Shown here piece by piece: positions 37,535-57,300 of a DNA stretch of 64,000 bases; position 1 is the first letter of the stretch, and every line of letters begins with the position of its first letter. The translations under genes and the position numbers were made by a program. The notes under the pieces were generated by a model, which saw only the letters and a list, made by a program, of their open reading frames with translations, ran no database searches and had not been told where the DNA came from. Source of the stretch: Eledone cirrhosa (Eukaryota); contig OZ024740.1 in NCBI GenBank assembly GCA_964016885.1, forward strand, positions 250,542,001 through 250,606,000. Direction: 5' to 3'.

Positions 37535-37933
37535 TTACCGCATACCAGTTGTTTCTTGGCCTGCCTCTCTGACTGTGGAGTCGGGCATCTTATTTGCGGT
37601 TGTTCTCAGGTCCTTCTGTATCTCCGTAGACCCTTTGTGGTCGGTGTTTATATTTTCTTCCTTCTCTTTTTCTCTGTCTTCTTCCTCCATGAGGACACGG
37701 CTCAGCAAAGCCATGTGTGGCGCTATGAAGACATAGGCCCCCTCAATCTCTCTCCTTTTCCTCTCTATTTGCGCGAATGTCCTCAGAAAGCCATGGCTGT
37801 TCAAGGTCTCTGCAATTATTTTGGTTGGCGGCGACCCATCAGCCAGGCTACATCCTTTGATCATCACCTCCAGTTCTATCCTTGTCCAATTTCGTTGGGA
37901 TCTATTTGCATTTCCTCCTTGCTTGCAGTCCAT
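37535..37933 (-). CDS. 132-aa ORF with Myb/SANT-like (trihelix) pattern, probably TE-derived
   Basis: RNWTRIELEVMI...IIAETLNSHGFLRTFAQIERK followed by an acidic stretch; lies upstream of the CR1 RT on the same strand. Confidence 0.45.
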   Translation of the reverse strand: MDCKQGGNANRSQRNWTRIELEVMIKGCSLADGSPPTKIIAETLNSHGFLRTFAQIERKRREIEGAYVFIAPHMALLSRVLMEEEDREKEKEENINTDHKGSTEIQKDLRTTANKMPDSTVREAGQETTGMR

Positions 37934-38270
37934 TTCACTGTAGAGGGAGAGAGAGAGAGAGAGAGAGTGGGTGAGAGAGAGAGGAGGGGAGAGAGGAAAT
38001 GATAGGGAGATGGTTTAAGCGAGAGAGAGAGAGAGAGTGTGAAAAATCACTGGAGCGAGAGAGAGCGTGAGAGAGTCAAGGAGCGATTGAGAGAAAGAAA
38101 GAGTGAGAGAGCTTGCTGGATCCAGGGAGCGAGAGAGGGGGCGGGGAGAAAGAGAGATAGAGATAGAAAGAGAGAGCATGAAAGATCTGGTGAGCGGGAG
38201 ATATAATTCGAGACACTTCAAAAAACATATTTTCATGAGAAAAATAAATATAGATAAATAAATAAATAAA

Positions 38271-41800
<3,530 letters not shown>

Positions 41801-41819
41801 CAGATTTAGAAAATATGCT

Positions 41820-42092
41820 TGCGACAGGTTTAGAAAAGAACTCACAGCCTTCTTTAAAGGCTTCAACCTCTCTATACAGGTTGAGGCCAACCGCTCGGTC
41901 GTTAATTACCTTGACGTTACCCTCAATTTGTCGAATGGCTTGCACTACCCGTATATAAAACCGAATGATACGTTTAATTACATAAGTAAGCATTCTAACC
42001 ATCCTGCCAGCATAACCAAGAACCTGGTAAGAAACGTTTCTTTGAGGCTTTCCCGTCTATCTACTAACGAACATATTTTCAACGACCATTCC
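41820..42092 (+). mobile_element. Inverted 5' segment of PLE P1 (RT thumb)
   Basis: RKELTAFFKGFNLSIQVEAN..VNYLDVTL..SNHPASI; contiguous in element coordinates with the minus-strand copy ending at 41800. Confidence 0.85.
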
Positions 42093-42888
42093 TCTGTGAG
42101 CCGAGGAGCAGCAGTGATGCTGAGAAAGGACCCCAACAACGAGGACAAGATAGATAATTTCAGGCCCATAACTCTACTAAACGCAGAGTTCAAGATTTTG
42201 GTCCAGGTGCTAGCTAGGAGGCTGGCGCTTGTCGTCGGTGGTCTGGTGGGAGAGACACAAACATGCAACATTCCAGACAAAACCATTCACGAACCTGGCA
42301 TGGGAGAGACATTGATCAATTTAGATCAGTCAAAAGCTTTCGATAGGGTCGACCATCGTTACCTAGCGGCAGTCCTGAGGGCGGCTGGCTTTGGGCCCGT
42401 CTTCAGAGGCTGGATCGCTGCCATGCACAGTGACATCTGCTCTGTGGTGAGAGTGAACGGTCACTTTTCGGAACCGTTCAACATCATGCGCTCGGTCCGC
42501 CAAGGATGTCCCCTCTCGTCCCTGTTGTACGTATTGACTCTCGAGCCATTACTATACAAAATGGAGACTTTGAGGGACGTCTCGCACGAACTAGAGTGCG
42601 GGAGAACCGTGTCAGCATATGCCGACGACGTGACCGTAGTGGTATCGAATGCCAAACACATGGAGGCGATCGGCACTACACTAAGAGAATACGAGGCGGT
42701 AACAGGGACAATGATTAACCAGGAAAAGTCGGTGGATATGTAGCTCGGCACCCGGAGAGGCAGGTCCATGCCGTCCAACAGCGTCACCGGGCGCTAGACA
42801 GACGGACCGGTTAAATTGCTAGGAGTCTAGTTCGGTCCGGACCTCCAGACGGGCAAATACTGGGACGAGGTGACGAGCAGGGTGACCA
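42090..42888 (+). mobile_element. Tx1-like ORF2 internal RT fragment
   Basis: NFRPITLLN, QSKAFDRVDH, QGCPLS, YADD. Confidence 0.92.
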
Positions 42889-43118
42889 TCATCTCACGTT
42901 GTCGCGTTGTCCACATATCTGGAAACACCTCTTGCATAACTACAAAGCTCCGGATTGAATAACAACAACATTCTAATATTCTAATCAACTCGAACATTTC
43001 ATTCCGGACATTCACAGTTATCTCCCTTACATCTGTCGCCCGTGGTTTTGTATCGCTTAGGTGAAGTGACCGTTTCTGCGCATGTACGTTCATACGGTTG
43101 TTCTTCCTGTTCCGTGTA

Positions 43119-43177
43119 ACCATTACCAGTCTGAGCTGAAGATCCGCATAAGGTGAAACAATTGTTCTCGGTATGGT
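43119..43177 (+). ncRNA. Type-I hammerhead ribozyme candidate with canonical core
   Basis: ctgag-CTGAAGA-tcc(gcataa)ggt-GAAA-caattg-TT-ctcgg; outer pairing accat/tacc with ggta/tggt; predicted cleavage after 43166. Confidence 0.75.
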
Positions 43178-43320
43178 GAACTAACTGTTGTGTTACTACG
43201 TCTACCAGGCTCGTCCCATGGACTGAGTGCTCTACCACTACGGATATAACCTTCCAGTGTTCTACCTCTCTCCCCACCCTCTCTCTCTCACTCACTCTCT
43301 CGCTCTCTCGCTCTCTCTCG

Positions 43321-43499
<179 letters not shown>

Positions 43500-43523
43500 T
43501 ATATATATATGTACATATATACA

Positions 43524-46630
<3,107 letters not shown>

Positions 46631-46635
46631 TATCG

Positions 46636-46699
<64 letters not shown>

Positions 46700-46702
<3 letters not shown>

Positions 46703-47752
46703 TAAAGTGGTCCTTCATCAGTGATCTTCCAACCATCATCGGTATTTCTTCGCTTTAAAGACCATATACCTCCGGTTGGTGCGAGCAACAGCTAAAGAAA
46801 GTCGTTGGTACATGTAAATAAAGGGACCAGCGAGAGTGTAAACAAACAAAGATGGTGAAGCAACGAAAAGTGAGGAAGAACGAGTCAAGTCCCAAATTTC
46901 CATGAATATAAAGTTTGGTGAAATCGTGAACGAGTGAGAATAAAGACCATCAAACCTGGTTGAAATGTGAGCAAGGAAGGAATTTCGCAAGCAAAGAATC
47001 ACTGCTTTCATCCTTAATGGGATCTCTTCTAAAACTAAAAAAAAAACAATCTGTGAACGCAGAAGTAAATATTTCGAAAAACGTTGCAACCGAATGAAAA
47101 CAGGAAGACGATACTTTGGTTCGTGAAGACGTTCTCTGGTAATGAACGGAAAAAAGCGAAGATAATACGTCGTTATGTGGAACGATGAGAAAAATTACAC
47201 GCAAAGACAACATCACGTTTATGGTATAAATGGAGACTAATATTCTATTTAGGAAACCGAATGATTCTCGGCTTCGGAGTTAAACATAATTGTTTACACT
47301 ACTTTTGGCACAAGGCCAGCAATTACCAAGTGCATTACTAGTACTGGCTTCGGAGTTAAGAATAATGTAAATAAATTAGTAAAACGAAAATGACAGAGGT
47401 TATTAAAATCATAAAAGTAGTAATAATTAAATATATACATACACACATCTATATGCGTACATACATGTGCATACACGAAAACACCCGCCATTCATGCATA
47501 TACATACACGTACACATAAACATGTGGACACGTACATCATTTTTCCTTCGGCTGCAACGTTTTTCGAAATATTTACTTCTGCGTTCATATATAGATTTTT
47601 AGTTTCAGGAGATCCCGTTAAGGGTGAAAGCAGCGATTCTTTGCTTAAAATTTAATCTGTTATTTTAATAAATATTTGCTCTAGGGTTCTTATATATTTG
47701 ATATATATTTATCCTTATCGAACCCTCTTTGGATTTTAGTCTTCACATTTAC
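46700..47752. mobile_element. Rearranged P1-type pLTR/tail fragments in both orientations with a SINE fragment (47290-47345)
   Basis: 46990-47260 matches the minus-strand pLTR; 47540-47752 matches the plus-strand pLTR. Confidence 0.75.
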
Positions 47753-47945
47753 TGGTGGTGGATTGGCAGTATCGGTAGAGGGTCGGACGCCATGCTTTGA
47801 CGCATAGAGTTACGGCCCTTGCCCTTCTGAGTTCAAATCCCACCAAGGTTAACTTTGCCTTTCATCCTTATGGGGTCGATAAAATAAAGTACCAGTGATA
47901 CACTGGGTGAATTGCTGGCCTTGTACCAAAAGTAGAAACAATTAT
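47753..47945 (+). mobile_element. SINE family S with (ATT)n tail
   Basis: Full head-to-tail match to other copies. Confidence 0.9.
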
Positions 47946-47962
47946 TATTATTATTATTATTG

Positions 47963-49978
47963 TTCTTTGAGTCTCAGTCATTGATGTTAGTTAACTGGAA
48001 AGTTTGTTGAAATGAATATCAAGGCTCTACCTGCAGCCTCAGATATTCAGGACGTATCGGAGGGTTCTTGCTGTTCCCAGCAAGCATGCCTTTTAAAGCG
48101 TTCCAAAAAGCGTGGCCGGGCCAATTTTCTTTAACCATCCCTGGAAAGTTTTGGAGATAGTGGTCCCCTATGACAATCGGGACCACTTTGACTTCATGGC
48201 AGTTCCAAATCCTTTTTACCTCCCACTTTAAGTCCTGGTATCGGTTAATTTTCTCCCTCTCCTTCTCTTGCACTCTCGTGTCGAATGGGCAGGCCACATC
48301 CACAATCAGGCAAGATCTTTTTTCCTTGTCCAAAACCGCCAGGTCAGCTCTATTGTGTTCCAGTTTCTTGTCCGTCTTTATCTTAAAATCCCACAGCACC
48401 TTCACCTGATCGTTTTCTATCACCGACTCTGGCTTATGCTCATACCACTTCTCAGAATGTGGTAAATTGTTTACTTTGCATAGGTGCAAGTGGATCACTC
48501 TGCCCATCACATCATGTCTCCAGCCCTTATAGTGAGTCTGGGCTAGGTGTTTACACTCGGATACAATGTGAGCCACAGTCTACTCTCTCTACAGATCCTG
48601 CACAGTGGGCTAGCCTCCTCCTTGTAAATATGGTGTTTCAACCACTTCGTTTTCAGGGCCTGCTCTTGCGCAGCCATTAACATTCCTTCTTTAGCCTTTT
48701 TAAGGTCTCCTCTTTTCAACCAGTTCCATGTCTGTGGTCTCTGAATTCAGTTTTCTCAAAGAAGGTACTATGAAGGGATTTTTCCTGAAGGCTGCTCTTT
48801 TTCCTTGTTGTTATTTCCTCCTTGGACATCCCCTGGTCTATTGTCCTCTCCTTCAGTACAGTTCTGCGCATTGGCTCCTTACTATCAGTCACGTATTTGT
48901 GTAGGTTGTTTTTCTCCATCTGAACACAGTCCTCTATGCTGATAAGACCTCTTCCACCTTCAGATCTCCTTAAGTAGAGTCTATCGACATCACTCCTCTT
49001 GTGGAACATGTTGTAGATAGTCAATAGCTTCCTAGTCTTCCTATCCATTTCATTTTGTTCAACAACATTCCATCTCAGAATTCCCGCACTGTACCTAATA
49101 ATAGACACAGCTCGGGAATTTACTGCACTTATGGCATTTCTACTGTTCAGATGTGACTTTAATACGCTCCTTACTCTCCGAATGTATTCAGATCTTATCA
49201 ATTCCTTCATTTTTTTGTTCTTGATGTCATCAGCCTCCAGAACACCCAAATACTTGTATCCTTCTTCAGTGTCAATTTCCTTTATCATCTCACCTGTTGG
49301 TACCTGGATTCCGTTGCTTCTGCTCAATTTACCCCTCTTCATCACAAGGACTCCACACTTACTAATACCAAATTGCAAGTTGTTTGTCTGGAGGTGATGG
49401 TAGATTTCTTCAGACATAATGCTTGTCAACAGTTTCCACATTACGGACAGACATGTGATAGGTCTATAGTTGGTAACATCATTACCCTTGATTCGGTCTT
49501 TCAATATCAGAACTGTGGTACCTTTTGTCAACCACTCTGGTACCTAACCTGACATCAAGCAGTCATTGAACATTGTTGTCAGTTTCGGGTGGAGGGATGT
49601 TATATTTTAAATCCAATACCCCTGCACACCATCTGGGCCTGGAGATTTCCAGTTGGTTAATTTTTTGGCCTGCCCCTTAAGAGTTTCAACTGTGATACTC
49701 AAATCAGTTTGTTGGTGTGCCTGTTCACTAATCTCCTTTTGTACTGTCTCAATCCACACTGCCTGGTGATTATGTTTAACATCCTGCTCCCATTTTCCTC
49801 TCCAGAATGTCTTAGTTTGTTCCGCCTCAGGGATCAAGTCGTTGCCTCTTTGTTTTCCTTCAAGCTGTCCAAACAGCATCTTCTGGTTGTTGTCAAACAT
49901 GCGGTTCTGTCTATACTGACTGACTCTGCTCTGGTATCGCCTAATCTTTGCACTCTTTGCTACAATGCGTTGCTTCAG
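47963..49978 (-). mobile_element. Dong-like family A (older subfamily), 5'-truncated, internally deleted
   Basis: ORFs 48019-48576, 48716-49531 and 49607-49900 match the 1025-aa ORF; the RT core is deleted at ~49375. Confidence 0.93.
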
Positions 49979-49997
49979 TTATTATTATTATTATTCT

Positions 49998-50897
49998 TAT
50001 TCTATAGAGGACTAGTGAAGGGGAAGAGCGACGACGTTCTCGGAGAGATCCTGGGCGTCGAAGAAGATCAGCTGTTTGCTCTCTTCCGGAGAACTTTCAG
50101 CTCGGGGCCTATGGATAACTTCCAAAAATCCCTGGCCTGGCAGTGCTACCGGGGAGCGCTGCCGGTTCGAGATAAGCTCTACAGGCACGGAAGTGCCGTC
50201 AACCGAGCCTTTCCGAGATGCGCGCATAGCGACGAAACCGTTGTGCACGCACTCGTTCAGTGCCCGAGCATTGCTGACTTGTGGAGCTATGTCGAACAGT
50301 TGCTGTCACGTGTGGGACTGATCCGGTTGTCGACTGAGTCCATTGTGCAGATGGTCTCGCCGTCTTCTTTTGAGGAGGAAGGGCAGGCGGTTTTCATCTG
50401 CCTGGTGGCCATGGCGAAAGAGATTGTGTGGTGGACAAGGTTAAAAGGATTAAAGACAAACACTTTCCTCTTCGGCGAATCCCTGATTAACTTTTTCAAG
50501 TTTCACTTGAAGAGGAAAATCATCAGGGTGGAGAGGCAGTGCTGCTTTCTAGCAAGTTTGTTGAAAGGTGGGTGAATGTAGCGAGAATGGTCCGAGTGAA
50601 CCTGAATATACGTCTGTAGTTTGAGAGATAGAAAAATTGAGAGAGGGCGCTTGCCATGGTAGTCAGGGTGGCCGTGGTCTTTTGTGTGGTTTTCGCCACG
50701 AGTAACCCTCGAACGTTTCCCCTCTATTGGGGAATTTTTCATTGTTTCAATTTTCATTTTATTGTTTATATATATATATGTTTTATGTCTTTTTTCTTTT
50801 CTTATATAAATAATAAAAATATTTACACGCACATTGTACCGTCCTGTTCCGTCTGTGATGTTTTTCTTGATGTCAGCCCTTGTGGCCAATAAAGAAA

Positions 50898-50898
<1 letters not shown>
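49998..50898 (+). mobile_element. 5'-truncated Tx1-like copy (third 3'UTR type) between (ATT)n tracts
   Basis: FYRGLV..GPMDNFQKSLAWQCYRGALPVRD; ends GCCCTTGTGGCCAATAAAGAAATC followed by (ATT)n 50899-50964. Confidence 0.92.
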
Positions 50899-50964
<66 letters not shown>

Positions 50965-51085
50965 GATCTGGGTTCAAATCCCGCCATGGATAACTTTGCC
51001 TTTCATCCTTGCGGGGTCGATAAAATAAAGTACCAGTAATGTACTGGATAATTGCTGGCCTTGTGCCAAAAGTAGAAACAATTAT
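50965..51085 (+). mobile_element. 5'-truncated SINE family S within (ATT)n
   Basis: Starts at GGTTCAAATCCCGCC, ends AGAAACAATTATT. Confidence 0.88.
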
Positions 51086-51119
51086 TATTATTATAATTAT
51101 TATTATTATTATTGTTGTT

Positions 51120-51975
51120 ATTCCTTGAATCTCAGTCATTGATGTTGGTTAACTGGAAAGTCCGTTGGATTGAATATCAAGCCACTACCTGCAGCCTCAG
51201 ATATTCAGGGCGTATCGGAGGGTTCTTGCTGTTCCAAGCAAGCATGCCTTTTGAAGCGTTCCAAAAAGCGTGAAGGGGCCGATTTTCTTTAACCATCCCT
51301 GGAAACCTTTGGAGATAGTCCCCAGTGCGCCTATGACAATCGGGATCACTTTGACTTCATGGCAGTTCCAAATCCTTTTCACCTCCCACTTTAGGTCCTG
51401 GTATCGGTTAATTTTCTCCCTCTCCTTCTCTTGCACTCTCGTGTCGAACGGGCAGGCCACATCCACAATCAGGCACGATCTTTTTTCTTTGTCCACAACC
51501 ACCAGGTCAGGTCTATTGTGTTCCAGTTTTTGTCCGTCTGTATCCTAAAATCCCACAGCACCTTCACCTGACTGTTCTCCATCACCGCCTCTGGCCTATG
51601 CTCATACCATTTCTCAGAATGTGGTAGATTATTTACTTTGCACAGGTGCCAGTGGATCACCCTGCCCATCACATAGTGTCTCCAACCCTTATAGTGGGTC
51701 TGGGCTAGGTGTTTACACTCGGACACAATGTGAGCCACAGTCTCCTCTCTCTCTCCACAGATCCTGCACAGTGGGCTAGCCTCCTCCTTGTAGATATGGT
51801 GCTTCAACCACTTCGTTTTGAGGGCCTGCTCCTGCGCAGCCATTAGCATTCCTTCTGTAGCCTTTTTGAGGTCTCCTCTTCTCAACCAGTTCCATGTCTG
51901 TGGATCTCTAAATTCAGTTTTCTCAAAGAAGGTACTATGAAGGGATTTTCCCTTAAGGCTGCTCTTCCTCCTTGA

Positions 51976-51980
<5 letters not shown>
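51120..51980 (-). mobile_element. Dong-like family A (young), 5'-truncated ~860 bp
   Basis: Near-identical to 60233-61099; (ATT)n 51980-52033 at its 5' junction. Confidence 0.95.
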
Positions 51981-52033
<53 letters not shown>

Positions 52034-52240
52034 GAATGCCATGGTTGACGGAGGCTCGGCTCTGTCAGGTATTTGACCGCTATAACAATTGTAAATTGTT
52101 TAAAACTTTAACCAAATTGTAGACAATAACACCCTCCTCCTCATGAGAGGGGTCTTTGTGTCCGTTGTTTGGCCCTTCGGGGTTAGATATCCGCTTATCG
52201 GGGTTTTGTGCCCAATATTTATTTTAAACAAAAAAAGAAC

Positions 52241-54356
52241 ATGGCTACGAAAAAGAATTTTCATAGGTCACTCCCACTCATTCCGTCTTCTTCTTCCTCA
52301 ATCGTCACTACAGCAGAGAGAAGATTGTCTCTCTCCCTGCCTTCTCTAAATGTGTCTCTCTCCCCCTTTCTCTTTCGCAAGCGACGCCAGTAAAGAAAAA
52401 TCACGTAGAAAGCGTGCAACATTTCTCCACGACGACGACAATGACGAAAAAGGTGTGCGGGAAATACGAAAACCCATTTCATTCGTCTGACGTCATGAAT
52501 AATAGCAGTAGCAGCCGTAATAACAGCAGCAGCAGCAGCAACAGTGACAAAGAAAACAACAGTAGCAGCCGCAACAGCATCAGCAGCAGCATAAACAACA
52601 ACAGCATTAGCAGCAACAGCAACAACAACAGCAGCAACAGCAACAACAACAACAACCACAGCAACAACGGCGGCGGCAGTAGTCGTAGTACCTGCAGCAA
52701 CAACAAAAGTAACAGCAGCTCTGACGACAACAACAACAACAACAGCAACAGAGAAAAACCAATTTCGTTTGCAGGTATCGGAAAGAACCTGGAAACCATC
52801 CTCATAACAAATGAGGAATTACAGGAATCGAAGAAGATGGTGACGAAAACTGGACACCGAGCAATCTGCAAAGCAGCCGAAAAATGTTTCGAAACTCAAC
52901 AGCACTGTACGGTCACGGACCGTACAGGAAGCACAAAATCCCGTAGGGTTGAGAGAGCCAGAGAGGCTCAAATACAAAAAGCCTTAGGCTCTGTGTGGCA
53001 GCGGAAAACACATATCACCCAAGGCAAGAATTATGCCACCGTAGACGTGCTTTTTGCCACACCCAGGAGGCAAAGGCTCAATCCTTAGTGACCATAAGGA
53101 GCGAGGAAATGGTGTTGGTGCCCTCCTACCGCGGGCAAAAAATTGTGAGGGTCAAACCGACCCACGTCCCACCCGGGATGGCCCCTTCTTGGATGGCCGC
53201 ATCTGTCCTCGTCGGAATCGAGGACAAAACAACTGTACTGCAAGTACAGAAAAAAGTAAGAGAAGATTGGGTCGGCACCTCCATTGAGATGTTAATCCAA
53301 ACCAACCAGGAGTGCATCGAAGCTACCCCGGATGTGATAGACTTCCATAACGGCACTCAACTGCCCATAAGTGTTGAGGGCAAACGCCCGAAATGCTTTC
53401 GCTGTGGATCGAAGACTCACCTCAGGGCCTTCTGCAACGAGAAGACCCTGAGAAAGGAGAAAACCCCCCTCCTTCCGAAACCGGCTCCACGGCTACAGGC
53501 AACGGGACAAGCGGCAACCAGGAACGATAGATCCGTGGCACCCATACCCACTCCACGGAAATCAAGAACAGCAGCAGCAGTAATACCAAATGCAGCTGCA
53601 ACAGAGACTCCACTGCAAACATCACCAACAACAACAAGTGAAAGAGTGGAGCTGGTACCCCTCCCCGACCTCACAGAATCACACATGGAGTGTGAGGTGG
53701 GAGAGGGATGGCAAAAGGTTGTAAGAAGGCACAAACGCAGAAGCAGCGCATCGTCGCCTTCGAAAAGAGAGGAAAGAAATGAAAAAAGGGTAAAGGATAC
53801 TGCAAAGAGACTCACAGCAGCAACTCCACCAACACCATCACCACCCTCACTAGAACCACCATCACCACAGGCGACAACTCCACCGCCAACAACAACAACA
53901 CCTTCAACACCAACACCACAAGCACCAACATCGCAAACACAACAACAAACCACACACACCCAGCAACAACGACAAGAAAATAGCAGAACCACACATCACC
54001 CCCAGAAAAACAAATGCACGGCAATAAATACACACAACAAGAAACTAATGACTTACATAATTGAACACACAGACATTTCACAGCACGACTACATAATACC
54101 ATCACCAATCAAAACGCCAACGAACATAAGACTGCTAAAAATAGCACAGAAACAATACACAAACGTTAAAACGAAATTCCCCAACGCAGTTGGTGATTTC
54201 AGAGACCTAGGAGGGACACTAAACCGGAGAGTATATTCGGACATACTCATAGAAGAGCCGACGACCAGCCGAAGGGACGATTCAACGGTCCCTTCACCAG
54301 ACGATCAAGTGAAAAGGGATGGAGAAACCATCCTTCCTCTACGAAAAGTACGGTAA
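52241..54356 (+). pseudogene. Tx1-like ORF1-A with frameshifts (CCHC knuckle CFRCGSKTHLRAFC)
   Basis: ORF pieces 52208-52393, 52414-53088 and 52995-54356. Confidence 0.88.
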
Positions 54357-54390
54357 GTCGTCTTTCCCATCTTTTCCACTCCGTTTCAAC

Positions 54391-57300
54391 ATGACCTCAT
54401 TCAGAATAGGCAGCATAAATGCGCGTGGCTTGGGGGCGTCTTGGAAACAGGGCCACTTGCTCAACGACCTCAGGTCACTAAACATAGATGTAGTGGCCAT
54501 CAGCGAGACCAGAATCTCCGAAGCACGGGCCTTCGCACCGATCTTCGGCGGCTACGATGTGTACGCATCTCCCAGCCGTCCTGGATCGGGGGAGGAGTTG
54601 CTGTGCTTTTTCGGAGAGGTTTGAATCTCGCCATCTTCCTGGACCCAGAGGGTAAGTTGGTGGTGCTAGACGTGACCAGCGGAGACGGGCAAGCTTTCAG
54701 GCTAGTGGTCGTCTATGCCCCGACAGGAGCAGGGCGGCCTGATTTCTTCCGGCGTCTGGAGACCTTTCTTGGAATGTCCCGCTCTTTAGTGTTAGTGGGC
54801 GACTGGAACGGGATCTTAGATGCACGCTGGGACTGTGTGGGATTAGCGGATAGGGGAGGAGGGTGCAAGAGCCTCACCAACCTGCTCAGGCGTTTTGAAC
54901 TGTCTGACAGGTACCGATTGGATTTCCCGAATGTGCCAATGTGGACTTGGACAAATCGCATAGGGTCATCCAGATCATATCTAGATACAGTATTTTGTAG
55001 AGAAATACATAGGTCAAGCATAGGCTGTCCACAATTCAAGATAGTCAGCTACACGGACCACAAATTCGTGATCTGTGTACTTGACTTAGATAGGCTTCAT
55101 AGACGAGGACCCGGCTACTGGAAGCTAAACGCGTCCTTACCAGCGCGCAAGGCCTACAGAGACCGGATTAGCGAACTAGTTAAGCGGGTGTTGACGGGGC
55201 CCATCGTCAACAACAAGTGGTGGTTTGCTCTGAAAAGAGCAATTAGAATAGAGTCCATTAGGTTTAGTAAGGCTTTAGCAATAGAGAAAAATAGAGCAGA
55301 GGGAATATTAGTTAGAAAATTAGACGAGGCGCTTAGCAAAGGCATCGCGACCGACGTGCTTGTGGCGAAATTGGCCCTTGACCAATTCTTCAATGCAAAG
55401 CACGAAGGCTGCGTTGTCAGAGCTAGTGTTCATACTCTCAGCCACGAGGGGACGAAAGCCGTTCAATGGGCCCGAGTGGCGGTGGAGCATCGTGGCAACA
55501 AAGCCACGATCCGGTCTTTCGTGGACCACCACGGGCGCATGCTACTCGATCCCGGGCAAATGTATGAAGCTTTTCAGCGACACTTCGCTCAGTTGTTCGG
55601 GGGCAGCGGCGGGCCGGATCGAGGGATGGACTTTAGTGTCTACCACGACGGACTGTCGCGGCTCTCGGCCACTGAGGCGGAGTGTTGCGAAAAGCCGATA
55701 ACAGCCGCTGAAGTACGGGAGGCAATGACTGGCTGCACAAGGGGTAAATCACCTGGTTTGGATGGTCTGTCCTATGAACTTTACATACAGATACCAGATT
55801 TGTTCGGAGGCTTCTTGGCGGACGTCTACTGCAACTGGCAACAGAACGGGAGAATTCCCAGCTCTGTGAGCCGAGGAGCTGTGACGCTGCTGAGAAAGGA
55901 TCCGAACAAGGGGGATAACATAGATAATTTTAGGCCCATAACTCTGCTAAACACAGAGTTCAAGATTTTGGCCAAAGTGCTAGCAAAGAGGTTGGCGCTT
56001 GTCGTTGGTGGTCTGGTGGGAGAGGCACAGACATGCGCCATTCCCGACAGATCCATCCACGACAACCTCCACCTCATGCGATACATCGTAGAGAGGGTAG
56101 ATAGGGAACCTGGCACGCGTGGGTCCTTGATGAATTTAGATCAGTCGAAAGCTTTCGATGGGGTCGACCATCGTTACCTAGCGGCAGTCCTGAGGGCGGC
56201 TGACTTTGGGCCCATCTTCAGAGGCTGGATCGCTGCCATGCACAGCGACATCTGCTCTGTGGTGAGAGTGAACGGTCACCTTTCGGAACCGTTCAACATC
56301 ATGCGCTCGGTCCGCCAAGGATGTCCCCTCTCGTCCCTCTTGTACGTATTGACTCTCGAGCCATTACTGCACAAACTGGAGACGTTGAGGGGCGTCCCGC
56401 GCGAACTAGGATGCGGAAGATCCGTGTCAGCATATGCGGACGATGTCACCGTAGTGGTGTCGAACGCCAAGCACATCGAGGCGATCGGCACTACACTGAG
56501 AGAATACGAAGCGGTGACAGGAGCAATGACCAACCAGGAAAAGTCAGTGGGCCTGCAGCTCGGCACCTGGAGAGGCAGGTACATGCCGTCCAACAGCGTC
56601 GCCGGGCGCTGCACGGACGGACCAGTTAAAGTGCTCGGGGTCTGGTTCGGTCCGGATCTCCAGACGGACAAAAACTGGGACGAGGTGACGAGCAGGGTGG
56701 CTTCTCTCACCCAGAAATGGGCGGAGAGGAAGCTATCCCTGAAAGGTCGAGCGAAGGTGGCTAACGCGTATATCGCATCCGTCATCTACTACCGCCTGAC
56801 CGTCGTACTTTGTCCTAAGCCCTGCCTGACTGCGCTGGAGCGTTTGCTCTTTCGCTTCTTGTGGAAGGGGCGCGCTCCGATGGTCAGGCGGTGCATCTGC
56901 TGTCAACACCCGCTACGTGGAGGGCTGGGAATGCCATGGCTGATGATGCGCAGATACGCGCTCAGGCTACGGCATCTCCACCTCTTCCTCGACGGTGATC
57001 AGGTGTGGTCTCCGTTTGCTAGACACGTCTTTCCCCAGCTCGTCTCTTTTACGGAGCTGCAGTCCTGGGTCAAGCGAAGACCGAGAGGGAGCGCTTGGAG
57101 ACTGAAATGTCTTCAGGCGCTCACAGCCCTCGACCAATCGGGCAATGTGATCGGTGGAAACTCCACCTTGGCGTTCTATAGAGGATTAGTGGAGGGGAAG
57201 AGCGACGACGTACTTGGGGAAACTCTAGGCGTCGACGAAAATCAACTAGCCAATCTCTTCTGAAGAACTTTAGGGCCGGGGCCTATGGACAACTTCCAGA

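Noticed and set aside
49709-50575. 288-aa ORF that looks like a membrane-anchored protein
   Set aside because: Chance read-through of antisense Dong sequence and (TTA)n into a truncated Tx1 ORF2.
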